DNA of 64,000 nucleotides from Octopus sinensis. Its lineage: Eukaryota. The position numbers and the translations under genes are program-made. The stretch is from NCBI RefSeq assembly GCF_006345805.1, contig NC_043020.1, positions 8,184,001 to 8,248,000 on the forward strand, in the 5' to 3' direction. Below are positions 23,880-36,480 of the stretch, piece after piece. The stretch's first letter is position 1; each line of letters begins with the position of its first letter. The notes below the pieces were generated by a model. That model worked only from the letters and a program-made list of their open reading frames with translations. It had not been told where the DNA came from and ran no database searches.

Positions 23880-24112
23880 CGGTGGCAAGCTGGCAGAAAC
23901 GTTAGCACACCGGGCAAAATGCTTAGCAGTATTTCGTCTGCCGCTACGTTCTGAGTTCGAATTCCGCCGAGGTCGACTTTGCCTTTCATCCTTCCGGGTT
24001 CGATAAATTAAGTACCAGTTACGCACTGGGGTCGATGTAATTGACTTAATCCCTTTGTCTTGTACTTGTTTGTCCCCTCTATGTTTAGCCCCTTGTGGGT
24101 AATAAAGAAATA
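23880..24112 (+). mobile_element. SINE family C with 16-bp TSD
   Basis: TSD GGTACTTCACCAAATT at 23862-23877 and 24113-24128. Confidence 0.88.
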
Positions 24113-24485
24113 GGTACTTCACCAAATTACAATATTTTGTTACATTCCGAATTCAAATTCCAGTATGATTGATTTCATTCTTCATTCTTCCATGTTGAGT
24201 ACTAGCATAAATCTAATTAACTATATGCAACACACATCACCACCACCATCCATAAAATTTGTGACCCTTTGCCAAAATTAGGAATTAATATATCTATTAT
24301 TACACCTCACACGCGCACACAGAGGCCTGTATAGTCACACAGGGACATTCAACCATATAGGAGCATACACATTGTCACACAGACATGTACAGTCACATAG
24401 ACAGATACAGTCATACTAACATGTATAGTCACTCATATACAACCAGTCACATGTATACATACAGTCACATACGCATGTATAATCG

Positions 24486-25361
24486 TACAGGAGGATGCTG
24501 AAAAGTTCCCAGCTCTAAGGCTTTTGAGAAGGGCCTGGTGGGAAGCCCAAACTTCCAAGTTCTTTTACAGGGCTTAGAAAAACTGAAGGACCGCTGCAAT
24601 AAGTGTGTGAATCTGAGAGGGGAATATTCTCTTTTACTCTTTTTTAGTTGCTTCAGTCATTTGACTGCGGCCATGCTGGAGCACCGCCTTTAATCGAGCA
24701 ACTCGACCCCGGGACTTATTCTTTGTAAGCCCAGTACTTATTCTATCGGTCTCTTTTTGCCGAACCTCTAAGTGACGGAGACATAAACACACCAGCATCG
24801 GTTGTCAAGCAATGCTAGGGGGACAAACACAAACACACACACATACATATATATATACATATATATGATGGGCTTCTTTCAGTTTCCATCTACCAAATCC
24901 ACTCACAAGGCTTTGGTCGGCCCGAGGCTATAGTAGAAGACACTTGCCCAAGGTGCCACGCAGTGGGACTGAACCCGGAACCATGTGGTTGGTAAACAAG
25001 CTACTTACCACACAGCCACTCCTGTGCCATATGTTGAATAAAATCCTAATGAACTGATCCTCATGTATTTTTTGTTTTACCCAAAGCCAAGAACTTTCAG
25101 TACCCTCTATACATACATATGTGTATGCATTATATATGTAAGAGGGGGTACTGAAGAGTTCCTGGTTTTAAAGGTATTGTGAAAGGCCTGGTTGGAGGCC
25201 TAACCTTCCATGTTATTTTACGGGGCTGAGAAAAACTGAAGGGCCACTGCAATAAGTGTGTGAATCTGAGAGGGCAATATGTTGAATAAACCCGTAATTA
25301 ACTGATCCTCCTGTATTTTTTTTTTACCCAATGCCAGGAACTTTTCAACAACCCCCTTGTA
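24486..25361 (+). mobile_element. Two adjacent mariner-derived MITEs (24486-25111, split by a SINE-B; 25139-25361)
   Basis: TIRs like TA-GAGGGGGTACTGAAGAGTTCCTGG / GCCAGGAACTTTTCAACAACCCCC; internal remnant GLEKLKDRCNKCVNLRGEY resembles a mariner transposase C-terminus. Confidence 0.75.
24628..25027 (-). mobile_element. SINE family B nested in a mariner MITE
   Basis: Full copy interrupting the MITE at GGGGAATAT|GTTGAATAA. Confidence 0.88.
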
Positions 25362-26481
25362 CACCTGCATAGTCACACAAGCCCTTACACTCACAACACA
25401 TTCATTTACTTCTACAATTATATTAGTGGCATTAAACAAGTTACTCTATTTTCCAGGGTACAAATCACTCTAAACATTCAGACATCATCATCATCAACAC
25501 ATTAACTTCTAAAGCTGTAATCTTTATCATCTTTCTTTGTTGTTGTTAAATTAATTAAATGCAATTGTTTATTCTTGTTGATATTGTCTTTAATGATTTT
25601 TCTCTTCTATTTATGAAAAACTGAATGCTTTAAATGCACCTGTCTGATTCCCCCACCACCATCGCCACCTTTCACCCACGGTATTAGTTTCATATTGTCA
25701 TCATAGTTAGTTTACTTTTAGGTACATTTAGTCTTGTTTCCTAGCGCTGACAGCATCATCACTGCCACCATCAACCCACACAGCTTCTTGTATTGTACCT
25801 CAGCAAAAACCCAAACTAAACCGATTCATAGATAAAAAAGTTAACTTAGACAATGACACGAGACAAACTAGCAAAAGGGATTAGACATTGGCCAGGCAAG
25901 GTAACGAAATAGCTTAGACATTGATATTAGACTATATGGCTTAGACAGTGGCATTAGACAAAATAGCCTATTTCCTGGCATACAAGTCACTAGTATAGAG
26001 TGTACACTTGTGGTGTAAGCATTCAAATATCCTCACTATCTTTCCAAAATTCACCCATAATTTTTAGTCTCTACAAAATTTGACTGGTATGCCAGAAAAT
26101 ACAGTAGCAAAATGGCTTAGACATTGATGTTAGCAAAGTGCAAAATAATACAATGTTACCCACTGACCACAATCCATCACACACAATGCCTCAAAATGCT
26201 TCTAGTTATATATATATATATCAAATAAATTAACAGCTGAGTTTTGATGCACAAGATACTATGAGCATTAACATTGAACAGAATATCATTCCCAGTCTAA
26301 TTCTGATAGAAAAATGTGGCAGATGCTCTGTAATGAAATCCGTTATGATGTCGCTTGAAAGACAATACATACCAGACAGTGTCAAGGGTGTGGCCCATAG
26401 TCTATTCTTTTCTTCTTTCAAGGTAATGCTTATAATGTCTTAGGAAATATTAAAATGATAGCTGCTAATTTATATATATAT

Positions 26482-26532
<51 letters not shown>

Positions 26533-26709
26533 TATATATATATATAGTGTTTAAGCACTGTGAAATATGTTTATTGTAGTTTAGAGATCAGTTATTGACT
26601 TATGATTAAAGTCTAATATGTTATTACAATGCAATGATTATAAATGGAATCGGTGTATTTATGTGAATAAAAATTGGCTTAAATGATCAATCAGAGCAAC
26701 GTATTTAGA

Positions 26710-27000
26710 GAAGTAAAAAAAAAAAGTAAAAGTTTCGTAAATGATTCATAGTTCTGCTTTACAGCTGTTTCGATCGTTAGAATACAAACACCATTATTTG
26801 TATACTTACATAATGAATACATAAAATTCATGATACATTTAAATGGGATGAATAAACCATTTCATCACATTAAAATTATGTATTATTTATCATATATTAG
26901 GTAATTATATGAATGATAATGTTCATACTGCAATCATCGAAACAGCTGTAGAGCAGAATTAAATTATGACTCATTCATGAAATTTTTGATTTTTTACTTT
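26710..27000. repeat. Imperfect inverted repeat, core 26752-26774 / 26936-26958
   Basis: TTCTGCT(T/C)TACAGCTGTTTCGAT, 22/23 match, extends with indels; lies in an AT-rich segment between TA tracts. Confidence 0.75.
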
Positions 27001-27474
27001 TCTAAATATATAATGTGTGTATGTATATATATAATATATATATATAACGTATATACATACATCTATATATGAAATTTGTTTTTACTGTATTTATTTTTTT
27101 TTATATGCTTATGTTGGTATGGATGGGGGAGGTATTGTCTTTCTGTTCTGTCGATATTGGTTGGTACGTTGTCTCTGGTTCAATTTGCTGATGCGGAAAC
27201 AGAATTTTTCCAGGTGAGAAAAACGCAGAACCTGAAAGGGAGTTCCATGAAGTGGTTGAGAAAAATTTCAAGAAAACAGGTCTGCCATTCCGACTTTGCC
27301 TTTGCCTCTAGCTACAGATAGTTCGCTCCAAGTAGACAGTTTAGTATTTTAGTTCTCCGTTCCCCATGTATGTGTCTGTCTGTCTGTCTAAGTTTACGTG
27401 TGTGTGTTGTTTGTATGTGTGAATGTGTTTGTCTATATACAATATACATATATAAATACATACATGTATATATC

Positions 27475-27780
27475 ACGTGATCACATGACCGACCAGACCA
27501 TCAGATGTTGTTACACATCGCTGGTCACAATGCGTTTGCATTGTTTTAGCCTTTGAATGACGCCACCCCGCTGGCTAAGCGAGCAGGCCAACAGAAGAAA
27601 GAGTGAGAGAAAGAGTGGTGAAAGAGTACAGCAGGGATCACCATCCCCTGCTGGAGCCTCGTGGAGCTTTTTTAGGTGTTTTCGCTCAATAAACACTCAC
27701 AACGCCCGGTCTGGGAATCAAAACCGCGATCCTACGACCGCGAGTCCGCTGCCCTAACCACTGGGACATTGTGCCTCCAC
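27475..27780 (-). mobile_element. SINE family A, tail type 2
   Basis: Same tRNA head as 695-1080 but a different 3' ~140 bp. Confidence 0.85.
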
Positions 27781-28552
27781 ACATGTATATATATGTGTAT
27801 ATATATATATATCACCAGTGGATCATATATCTGAATACGAAGCACACTCTAAATGTTAGAACAGTAATGTATTTACATGCAGTTAAATATATGTCCAGTT
27901 ATAAAGGGACCAAAGGGTTTTATGGATGCGAAGCCATTGGTCACTCTATGACAGGACATATATTACACACACACACATACACACAAGACCCCCATGAATG
28001 TATGCAATCATACGGAGATATATATATATATGTATGTATGTATATTGTGTATTTAATTTGAATATGAATATACTAATGATTAAACATTAATTATTTTGTT
28101 TTATTTAATTATATTTCATTCAAATGATGTATGAATAGAAAGAGAATTATTTAGGTGGTTTTTTATTTTACTCTTTTTCAATGATGTAAGTTTAAACACC
28201 TGCATTTTTAAATTAGCAAAGTGCAGTTATTAGGCTAAATTAATAGTGCCATTAATTATATAATTAATATATTAACAATGCTATGAAATTTTTCAATAAC
28301 ACTACAGAAATAATGTCAATAATGCTTAAAAAAAAATTGATGTCAATTTATGCACATTCGAAACATGCATCATATCGGAAGATATAATGTGCACATTAAA
28401 AAAAAACAGAAGCAAATATTATGGTGTTAATTCTTGGTTTGGTAAATGAAAATTCTCATAACAGGATCTCGTTATGCGAGGGTGAATCTGTTGGTTTTAT
28501 GATCACATTAGCCTTGAATTTCAGAATTAATCTCATTGTATATGAGGCTAAT

Positions 28553-28910
28553 GAAGGTGCATGGCTCGGTGGTTAGAGTGCTGGGCTCACAATCATGAGG
28601 TAGTGAGTTTAATTCCCAGACTGAGCTGTGTGTTGTGGTCTTGAGCAAGACACTTTATTTCACGTTGCTCCAGTTCACTCAGCTGTAGAAATTAGTTGTG
28701 ATGTCACTGGTGCCAAGCTGTATCGGCCCCTTTGCCTTTCCCTTGGATAACATCAGTGGCATGGAGAGGGGAGGCTGGTATGCATGGATGACTGCTGGTC
28801 TTCCATAAACGACCTTATCCAGACTTGTGCCTCGGAGAGGAACTTTCTAGGTGCAATCCCATGGTCATTCTTGACCGAAGGGAGTTTTTATTCTTTACCC
28901 TTTACCCCTC
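28553..28910 (+). mobile_element. tRNA/CORE-like SINE family D
   Basis: GGTGCATGGCTCGGTGGTTAG head and CTTGAGCAAGACACTT CORE-like segment; relatives at 42672-42875 (+) and 60890-61125 (-). Confidence 0.75.
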
Positions 28911-28914
28911 ATAT

Positions 28915-29220
28915 GATGCTACCACTAGGTCTCCAGCTGGTTGACTCAGCTTGGAGAGTCTGCCTTGTGATCTTCTAATCATATGTTTGTAGTACAGATC
29001 TGTGATCTTTTGAATGTGGAGAAGTAGCTTCACTTGGAGAGACTCCCTGATCCCTGCACAATGCACCCTCTTGAGTAACGTTACTCTGGAGATCCTTCAG
29101 AGGAACCTCATTCTGGCTGCTTGCATTTGTCATTGTTCTACCCCGGGGCAGACTAAGAACAAAATGGTCGGATGATATCCATAAACTCTGTTGGTCACAC
29201 TTGGGAATCCTTCGAGAAAC
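28915..29220 (+). pseudogene. RTE-clade LINE ORF 3' relic
   Basis: 29141-29220 translates PRGRLRTKWSDDIHKLCWSHLGILRE, matching the RTE C-terminal RPRGRPRT.W.D.I..L.W..LGI pattern; stops upstream. Confidence 0.7.
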
Positions 29221-29648
29221 TTTAACCCTTTAGCATTCAAATTATTCTGTCAACTGTAATGCTTATTCTTTATGTTGACCAACAGGTCCAACCCATGCCA
29301 GCATGGAAAGCGGACGTTAAATGATGATGATGATTGCTTGGAATTACTCTTGCTTATCTTGTAGCTTTGAGATTTCAATGATGTGATTGTTTAGTTTTAG
29401 AATGGTAACAAAATAGCTGAGAGAAACTAGCTAGATGGCTCAGACAATGGATGTTAGACTATATAGCTTAGATAGTGGCATTAGACAAAATAGCCTATTT
29501 GCTGGCATACAAGTCACTAGTATAGAGCGTATACTTGTGGTGTGAACATTCAAACATCCTCACTATCTTTCCAAAATTCACACATAATGTTTTTGGTCTC
29601 TACAAAATTTGACTGGTATTCCAAAAAATACAGTAGCAAAATGGCTAA

Positions 29649-29951
29649 CCCCTTACCGGCAGAAACGCATATATGCGTTTTGACCGACATCGTTTTTTTT
29701 CCATCTCTGGCGAGTTAACTCGTCAAGATAGACTCGCCAAATCGACAGCAAACGAGTTCCTTCGTCTAAAAACGGGTTAACTCGTTTCTGCCCAATGCCG
29801 TAATTTAAAATCAAGTATATTGATTAAAATTCATAATAAATAAGGTTTGAAATTAACCCCGAAATCACCATTCAAACATAGTAAAATAAAACAATTAAAA
29901 AATATGTCTGAAAAAATACATTTATTTTCAAAATAATTGTTGGGTAAGGGG
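29649..29951. mobile_element. Young CpG-rich piggyBac-type MITE
   Basis: CCCCTTACC...GGTAAGGGG TIRs, CTAA/TTAA flanks; empty paralogous site at about 26110-26125. Confidence 0.8.
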
Positions 29952-30592
29952 TTAAACATTGGTATTAGCAAAGGGCAAAGTAATACAATGCCACCTACTG
30001 ACCACAATCCCATCACATGTAGGGCAGATGTAAGAGGCAGGACCTGGCCAGTTTGAATATTTTGACTGGATGTGGCCAGTTTAAATACTAAAGGGTTAAT
30101 GACAGTTGCTTCTGATAGGACCTTATAAAGATGTACTTTGAGGACTCTACCCACCAAGATTCTCTCAAGACTAGTGGGTGGACAAGATGGGTGGATGGTG
30201 AATAGTAAAACAAATTGAGTTGCAGCATTGCCTGCAGGGTTTGAATGCTGTGATGTTCCGTTACACCAAAGCAACACCACCTTTTTTGTTTCTTTCTTTC
30301 TTTCTTTCCCTGTATAATCATCTGGTTCACCCAACATCTTGGAATTCTTCTGATGAATATTCATATGGTTCTAATTTATATAAGGAGTCTATTGGGTTGA
30401 AATCCAAGGATTGTGCTGGCCACTGAAGCCAGTCAAATTTTGTAGAGACCAAAAAATCTCTTGTGAGATTTCTTTATCAATGTACCTGAAGAGGCCTAGA
30501 CGAATGGGGCGAAACATGACTGATGGATCTAATACGAAATAGATCTCCTCTGTTAATTGTTACTATGTATGTGGTGTGTGTATATATATATA

Positions 30593-30988
30593 TACTCTTT
30601 TTACTTGTTTCAGTCATTTGACTGGGCCATGCTGGAGCAACACCTTTAGTCGAGCAAATCGACCCGGGACTTACTCTTTGTAAGCCCAGTACTTATTCTA
30701 TCGGTCTCTTTTGCCGAACGTTAAGTGATGGGGGCATAAACACACCAGCATCGTTGTCAAGCATGCTAGGGGGACAAAACACAGACACACAAACCACACA
30801 CGCATATATATATATATACACATATATACGACAGGCTTCTTCAGTTTCCGTCTACTAAATCCACTCACAGGGCATTGGTCGGCCCGGGCTATAGCAGAAG
30901 ACACTTGCCCAAGATGCCACGCAGTGGAGCTGAACCCGGAACCATGTGGTTGGTTCAAGCTACTTACCACACAGCCACTCCTGCGCCT
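30593..30988 (-). mobile_element. SINE family B
   Basis: Full-length copy. Confidence 0.88.
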
Positions 30989-31521
30989 ATATATATATAT
31001 ATACGTACATATATATATATATAAAATGTATTTTTATAACATCTTGCCAACTTAAAGGATGCATTCATCTTCAAGATATAGCCATGTAGTGTATTAAGAG
31101 AATTAAAGTAAGAGCATTTGAGGAACGTAGTCTACTTTAATTTAAAACCACCGAAAAAAATTCTCTTTTTATTTAACTATTGTTTGAATCTTGATTAAAT
31201 GAAAGGAAATAATTAACCCTTAATTATCTGTATACGCATCTCTTTAAACTGAAACCATTGTGTATGTGTGTGTGTGTGTATTTTAGAAACCTTGCTATTA
31301 GATGTTATGTGAGTGTGTTGCTGTTGTCGTAACTGTTGGCATTTCTCCTGTTTCTGTCAAACAATAGAACTGTCGCTGCAGGTTGCTTTGGCCTTCCTTC
31401 TTCTTGATCTTGTCCACACAATACAGCTTGGCTAAATAAATAGACAATATTATTCTCTAACCTAGAACATATTTGAATGTATGTATATATATATGTGTGT
31501 GGGTTGGGGGTCTGAGATGGT

Positions 31522-31901
31522 GTGGAGGCGCAATGGCCCAGTGGTTAGGGCAGCGGACTCGCGGTCGTAGGATCGCGGTTTCGATTCCCAGACCGGGCGT
31601 TGTGAGTGTTTATTGAGCGAAAAACACCTAAAAAGCTCCACGAGGCTCCGGCAGGGGATGGTGGTGATCCCTGCTGTACTCTTTCTCTCACTCTTACTTC
31701 CTGTTTCTGTTGTACCTGTATTTCAAAGGGCCGGCCTTGTCACTCTCTGTGTCACGCTGAATATCCCCCGAGAACTACGTTAAGGGTACACGTGTCTGTG
31801 GAGTGCTCAGCCACTTACACGTTAATTTCACGAGCAGGCTGTTCCGTTGATTCGGATCAACCGGAACCCTCGTCGTCGGAACCGACGGAGTGCTTCCATC
31901 C
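31522..31901 (+). mobile_element. SINE family A with 10-bp TSD
   Basis: TSD CTGAGATGGT at 31512-31521 / 31902-31911; box A TGGCCCAGTGG, box B GGTTTCGATTCC. Confidence 0.9.
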
Positions 31902-32267
31902 CTGAGATGGTACAGCAGTTTAGCATGAGTGTAGCATCAAAACTTTAACACTATAGCAGACAACACTTTGTAGAATGTTAGCAATGCTGTGTTTTTGGTT
32001 TTTTTTGCCCATGTCCCAGTCTGCTTTGGCAATGTAATAAGTTCCATGAAGTGATTGATTGCTTGTTGTTGTTGTTGTTGCTGTTGTTGTTTTTCAATCT
32101 CCAGCTCAGTCCTGATTGAGCAGACCAGTGGACAATGATATCATCGCAATTAACAAGTCTCTGGTTTGTAATTTAAATTCTGGTATTTCTCAAGAACAGG
32201 AAGAATCATCGTCTCTTGTCCACCAAGTTTCATGCATCAGTGACCTTTGTGGAACATTGCTGTTTAT

Positions 32268-32650
32268 GGAAGCACTCCGTCGGTTATGACGACGAGGGTT
32301 CTGGTTGATCCGAATCAACGGAACAGCCTGCTCATGAAATTAACATGTAAGTGGCTGAGCACTCCACAGACACGTGTACCCTTAACGTAGTTCTCGGAGA
32401 TATTCAGCGTGACACAGAGAGTGACAAGGCCAGCCCTTTGAAGTACAGGTACAGCAGAAACAGGAAGTAAGAGTGAGAGAAAGTTGTGGTGAAAGAGTAC
32501 AGCAGGGATCACCACCATCCCCTGCTGGAGCCTCGTGGAACTTTTAGGTGTTTTCACTCAATAAACACTCACAACGCCCGGTCTGGGAATCGAAACCGCG
32601 ATCCTATGACTGCGAGTCCGCTGCCCTAACCACTGGGCCATTGCGCCTCC
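32268..32650 (-). mobile_element. SINE family A with 14-bp TSD
   Basis: TSD ACATTGCTGTTTAT at 32254-32267 / 32651-32664. Confidence 0.9.
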
Positions 32651-32942
32651 ACATTGCTGTTTATACATTTATACTGTTAATGTTTCCTGTTCCATAGTTT
32701 TACCTGCTATTACCTGGGCAGCTGTAATAAACAGGAACTGACTGATACCTGAACCTCAGTGAACCATGATTTGCATTCTAAATGCCTCACTGAATTCATT
32801 GCTGGCGTCATCGCTGTGCAGGACTTCACAGTTCTCATAAACCAGTCACCGTCACCAAGGATTTTTTTAGCAACCAAAAAACCAGAGCCCTTGTACCCTC
32901 TGAAAACAGTTTCTCAGTCAGAAGACTTGGGAACCCTTTTAA

Positions 32943-33161
32943 CCCTTGGCATTCAGATTTCTCAGTTAAAAGTAATACTTATTTATTCACATTGATATGA
33001 ATTAGTCATGCATTCCAATGTAGCTTTATAATTTCAATGATGTGAATGTTTATTTTGAGAATAATACTGCAGTGTAAGTGTGAGAGGCAAGATCTGGCCA
33101 GTTTGAAGGTAAAACAGGTAGATTATTTTGGCTGGATATGGCCAGTTTAAATGCTAACGGG
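32943..33161 (+). mobile_element. piggyBac-type MITE (family P)
   Basis: TTAA-CCCTTGGC...GCTAACGGG-TGAA. Confidence 0.75.
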
Positions 33162-33169
33162 TGAAACCA

Positions 33170-33315
33170 ACAGAAGACTAGAGAGCATGGTACCCTGTCA
33201 AGTAGTCTGCTCGGCCTGCAGATGACTAGGGACCATGGTACCTTGTCAAACATTCTTCTCGGCAAACAGAAAACTGTAGAACATGGTACCAGGTCAACAG
33301 ATTCTGTACATAGTG
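33170..33315. repeat. 48-bp degenerate tandem repeat x3
   Basis: CATGGTACC at 33186, 33234, 33282. Confidence 0.8.
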
Positions 33316-34511
33316 GCTGGCCCTTAGCCAAGAACTTCTGTCACTATGTCACTAGTACGCCTTCTACATGGCCAGCTACTTTCGGCCCTTAGTAAATCCT
33401 CATGAAGGCCCAGCTGTATTCTGTACCTTCATATCTTTAGTTGTTCTTTTGACAATATAGCTGGCAAGCCAAAAGCAGGTCCCTCTATAGGGTCTCCTTG
33501 AAGTAGTACCCTCTCACTCCCCCATATTCACCCCATTCAGCAACTTCTCATGCCTCTAATTTTTGGCATATCAGTGAAGGCAAGTGCACCTTCCTTAATA
33601 TAATTTTTCTTCTATATACTCCCTGTATATACCTGTGGCATTTATGTTGCTTCCTGAATATGACTATGGCCACTATATTCTTTCGCTTCAAGGAAATCCC
33701 TTGATAGCAGGTTCAGTTCTACCTGTTTTAAAAAATAGGTGCTTGTGTCTCGTTTACTAATCTATCTACGTAACTTTGTGCGTGTGTACAAGTCAGTTCA
33801 TCTACAGTTCTTTGTGCGTGTGTGTGTACATATACATACACGCACATATTCATGTATGTAGGTGTGTGTATATATAGATATAGTGGGTTAGTCACTTGAA
33901 TATGTGTGTTTAAGTTTAGGCAGGTGAGAACATATGTAATCCGTGTTACTTGCAGTCATGGTGATGGGAGTTTCTCTGTGTATACATCTGTGTGAATTAT
34001 GTGTATGTATTAGCTTATGTGTGTATACGTTTGTCTGTGGAAATTTCTATCAGGAAATTACTGTATGTGTGTGTGTATGTATATATATAAATATTCATAC
34101 ATACACAGACACAGTAAACTAGTATATGCATGTGTGCATATGTATTTTAGCTCCCAAGTCTCCCTCCTAAATTTACTTAGATTAGTTGTAGTTCCCTAAC
34201 TTGTTTCCCTATTAACATGTTGTATATCTCCTCATGTATATATATATATATATATATGTATGTGTATGTACATATGGATGTGTGTTTGTGTGTGTAAGTA
34301 GATAGATATATGCATAATTATGTGTACATCTTCGTTTCTGAATGTAAATGTGAATTATATTCGTAAATATATCCCCATATGCACACGAAACACACACACT
34401 TGTTATTTTCCCATAATGCTTCAGTAGGACAGCTTTTTATATCGTTAGATAGTCATTAACACTATTTGTGCTACAATTTTTTTATGTATATGCGTGTGTG
34501 TTTATGTGTAT

Positions 34512-34555
<44 letters not shown>

Positions 34556-34606
34556 ATACATGCTACACAAACTTGTATTATGAACGTATGTGTGTGTATA
34601 TGTATA

Positions 34607-34657
<51 letters not shown>

Positions 34658-34689
34658 TTGTACATGGATATGAAATGTTATTGTTCCAG

Positions 34690-35832
34690 GGTCAGTCTGG
34701 AGAGTTGGTAGTAAAATACGTACCAGTCAGATACTGGGGTAGATTTAATTATGTTTTCCTCCTGCCCTAAAATGTCAATGTAATCAACTAGTCCCCCTCC
34801 TCCAAAGTTTCAGGCCTTGTGCCCTTAAAATAGAAAGGATTATCATTATAATTATTATTGTTGTTACTATTTTTTGAAAACAGTGAGCTGGCAGAATCTT
34901 TACCATGCCAGACAAAATGCTTCATGGCATTCCGCTGAAGTTGACTTTATCTTTCATCTTTTTTGGGGGTCAATAAAATAAGTCCTACTTGAGCAGTAGG
35001 GGCAACTTAATCGATTATTCTTCCTCCCCCAAAATTTCAGGCCTTGTACCTATAGTCATCATTATCATCATCATTGTCGTCGTCGCTTAATGGGTTGGAT
35101 AGTTTGACAGGAGATAGCTAGCTGGGGTGAGGCCAGGCTCCAGTTGTCTGTTGTGACATTGTTTCTACAGTGGGATGCCCTTCCTAACGCCAACCACTTT
35201 ACAGAAGGTGCTGGGTGCTTTTTAAGGGGTGCATTTACATGGCACTTGCAAAAGAACTCGACAGCAGCATGAATGCATTTTATGAGGCACTGGCACCTAC
35301 AAAACAAAGACCTCTCAGCTGAGAGAGGGAGTAGCAGCAGTATGGTCATAGAGGACATGCCTATATGTATAGATGGTCACTATTTTACTTAGCTTGACAT
35401 CTTTATAGTAGAAAGTATTTTAATTATTACTAAGGTGGTGAGACAATGTTTAGTGGCAGTTGATCCATCTTTATGTTTTGAGTTCAAATCCCATCAAAGT
35501 TGACTTTACTTTTCATCCTTTTGGGGTTGATAAATTAATTACCAGTTGAGTACTGAAGTCGATGTAATCAATTTACTCCTCCCCTAAAATTGCTGGCCTT
35601 GTGCCAAAATTTGAGATCATCATCATCATCATTTTATTATTATTGGCACAATAATTAGGATGTGAGAAAAAAATGCTTTGTGATATATTTGTTCTGGTTC
35701 TTTAAGTTCTGAATTCAAACCCTGCCAAGATTGACTTGGCTTTTCATCCCTTCAGGGTTGACAAAATAAACACCAGTTGAGCACTGGAATCGACCAGCCC
35801 ACACCTCTCAAAATTGCTGCCCTTGTGCTAAA

Positions 35833-35876
<44 letters not shown>

Positions 35877-36480
35877 TAGGGCAGTGAGCTGGCAGAATTG
35901 TTTGCACGCCAGGTAAAATGCTTTGCAACATTTGGTTCGTCTTTATGCTCTGAATTCACATTTGACCAAGGTCAACTTTGCCTTTCATTCTTTTAGGGTT
36001 GATAAATTAAGTACTAGTGAGACACTGGGGTCAATGTAAATGGACCAGTCCCCGCTCCCCAAATTTCAGGCTTTGTGCCTTTAGTAGAAACTATTATTAT
36101 TATGGTGGCAAGCTGGCAGAAACGTTAGCACGCCGGGCGAAATGCTTTGCGGTATTTCGTCTGTCATTCCGTTCTGAGTTCAAATTCCACCAAGGTCAAC
36201 TTTGCCTTTCATCCTTTCGGGGTCGATTAAATAAGTACCAGTTACGCACTGGGGTCGATATATAATCGACTTAATCCGTTTGTCTGTCCTTGTTTGTCCT
36301 CTCTGTGTTTGGCCCCTTGTGGGTAGTAAAGAAATAGGTATTTCATCTGCCTCGAGGTTTACTTTGCTTTTATCTTTTCAAGGTCCGTAAATTAAGTATC
36401 GTTTGAACACTGGGGCCGATGTAATCAACACACCCCCCTCCCTCAAAATGGCCGCCCATGTGGCAAAATTTGAAACCATT
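34690..36480 (+). mobile_element. Head-to-tail stack of ~7 SINE family C copies (with one family E insert at 35058-35290, - strand)
   Basis: Repeated GAGTTCAAAT..GACTTTGCCTTTCATCCTT..AGTACCAGT blocks about 220 bp apart, separated by (ATT)n/(ATC)n tails. Confidence 0.8.

Larger units (their letters stand above)
25845..30015 (+). repeat. ~310-bp duplicated segment (about 25880-26190 and 29420-30015)
   Basis: About 90% identity by eye; the second copy is interrupted by a piggyBac MITE. Confidence 0.8.

Noticed and set aside
27123-27310. Selenoprotein-like read-through (..SIC*CGNRIFPGEK..)
   Set aside because: No SECIS visible, no recognisable family, not a CxxU motif.
28977-29220. 81-codon minus-strand open frame with a good-looking acceptor
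   Set aside because: It is the antisense of the RTE relic; this shows such exon-like signals arise by chance here.
31522-31600. tRNA genes at SINE heads (also 695, 27700, 32570, 28553)
   Set aside because: Box A/B are present but each continues into a conserved SINE body, and I could not fold a complete cloverleaf.
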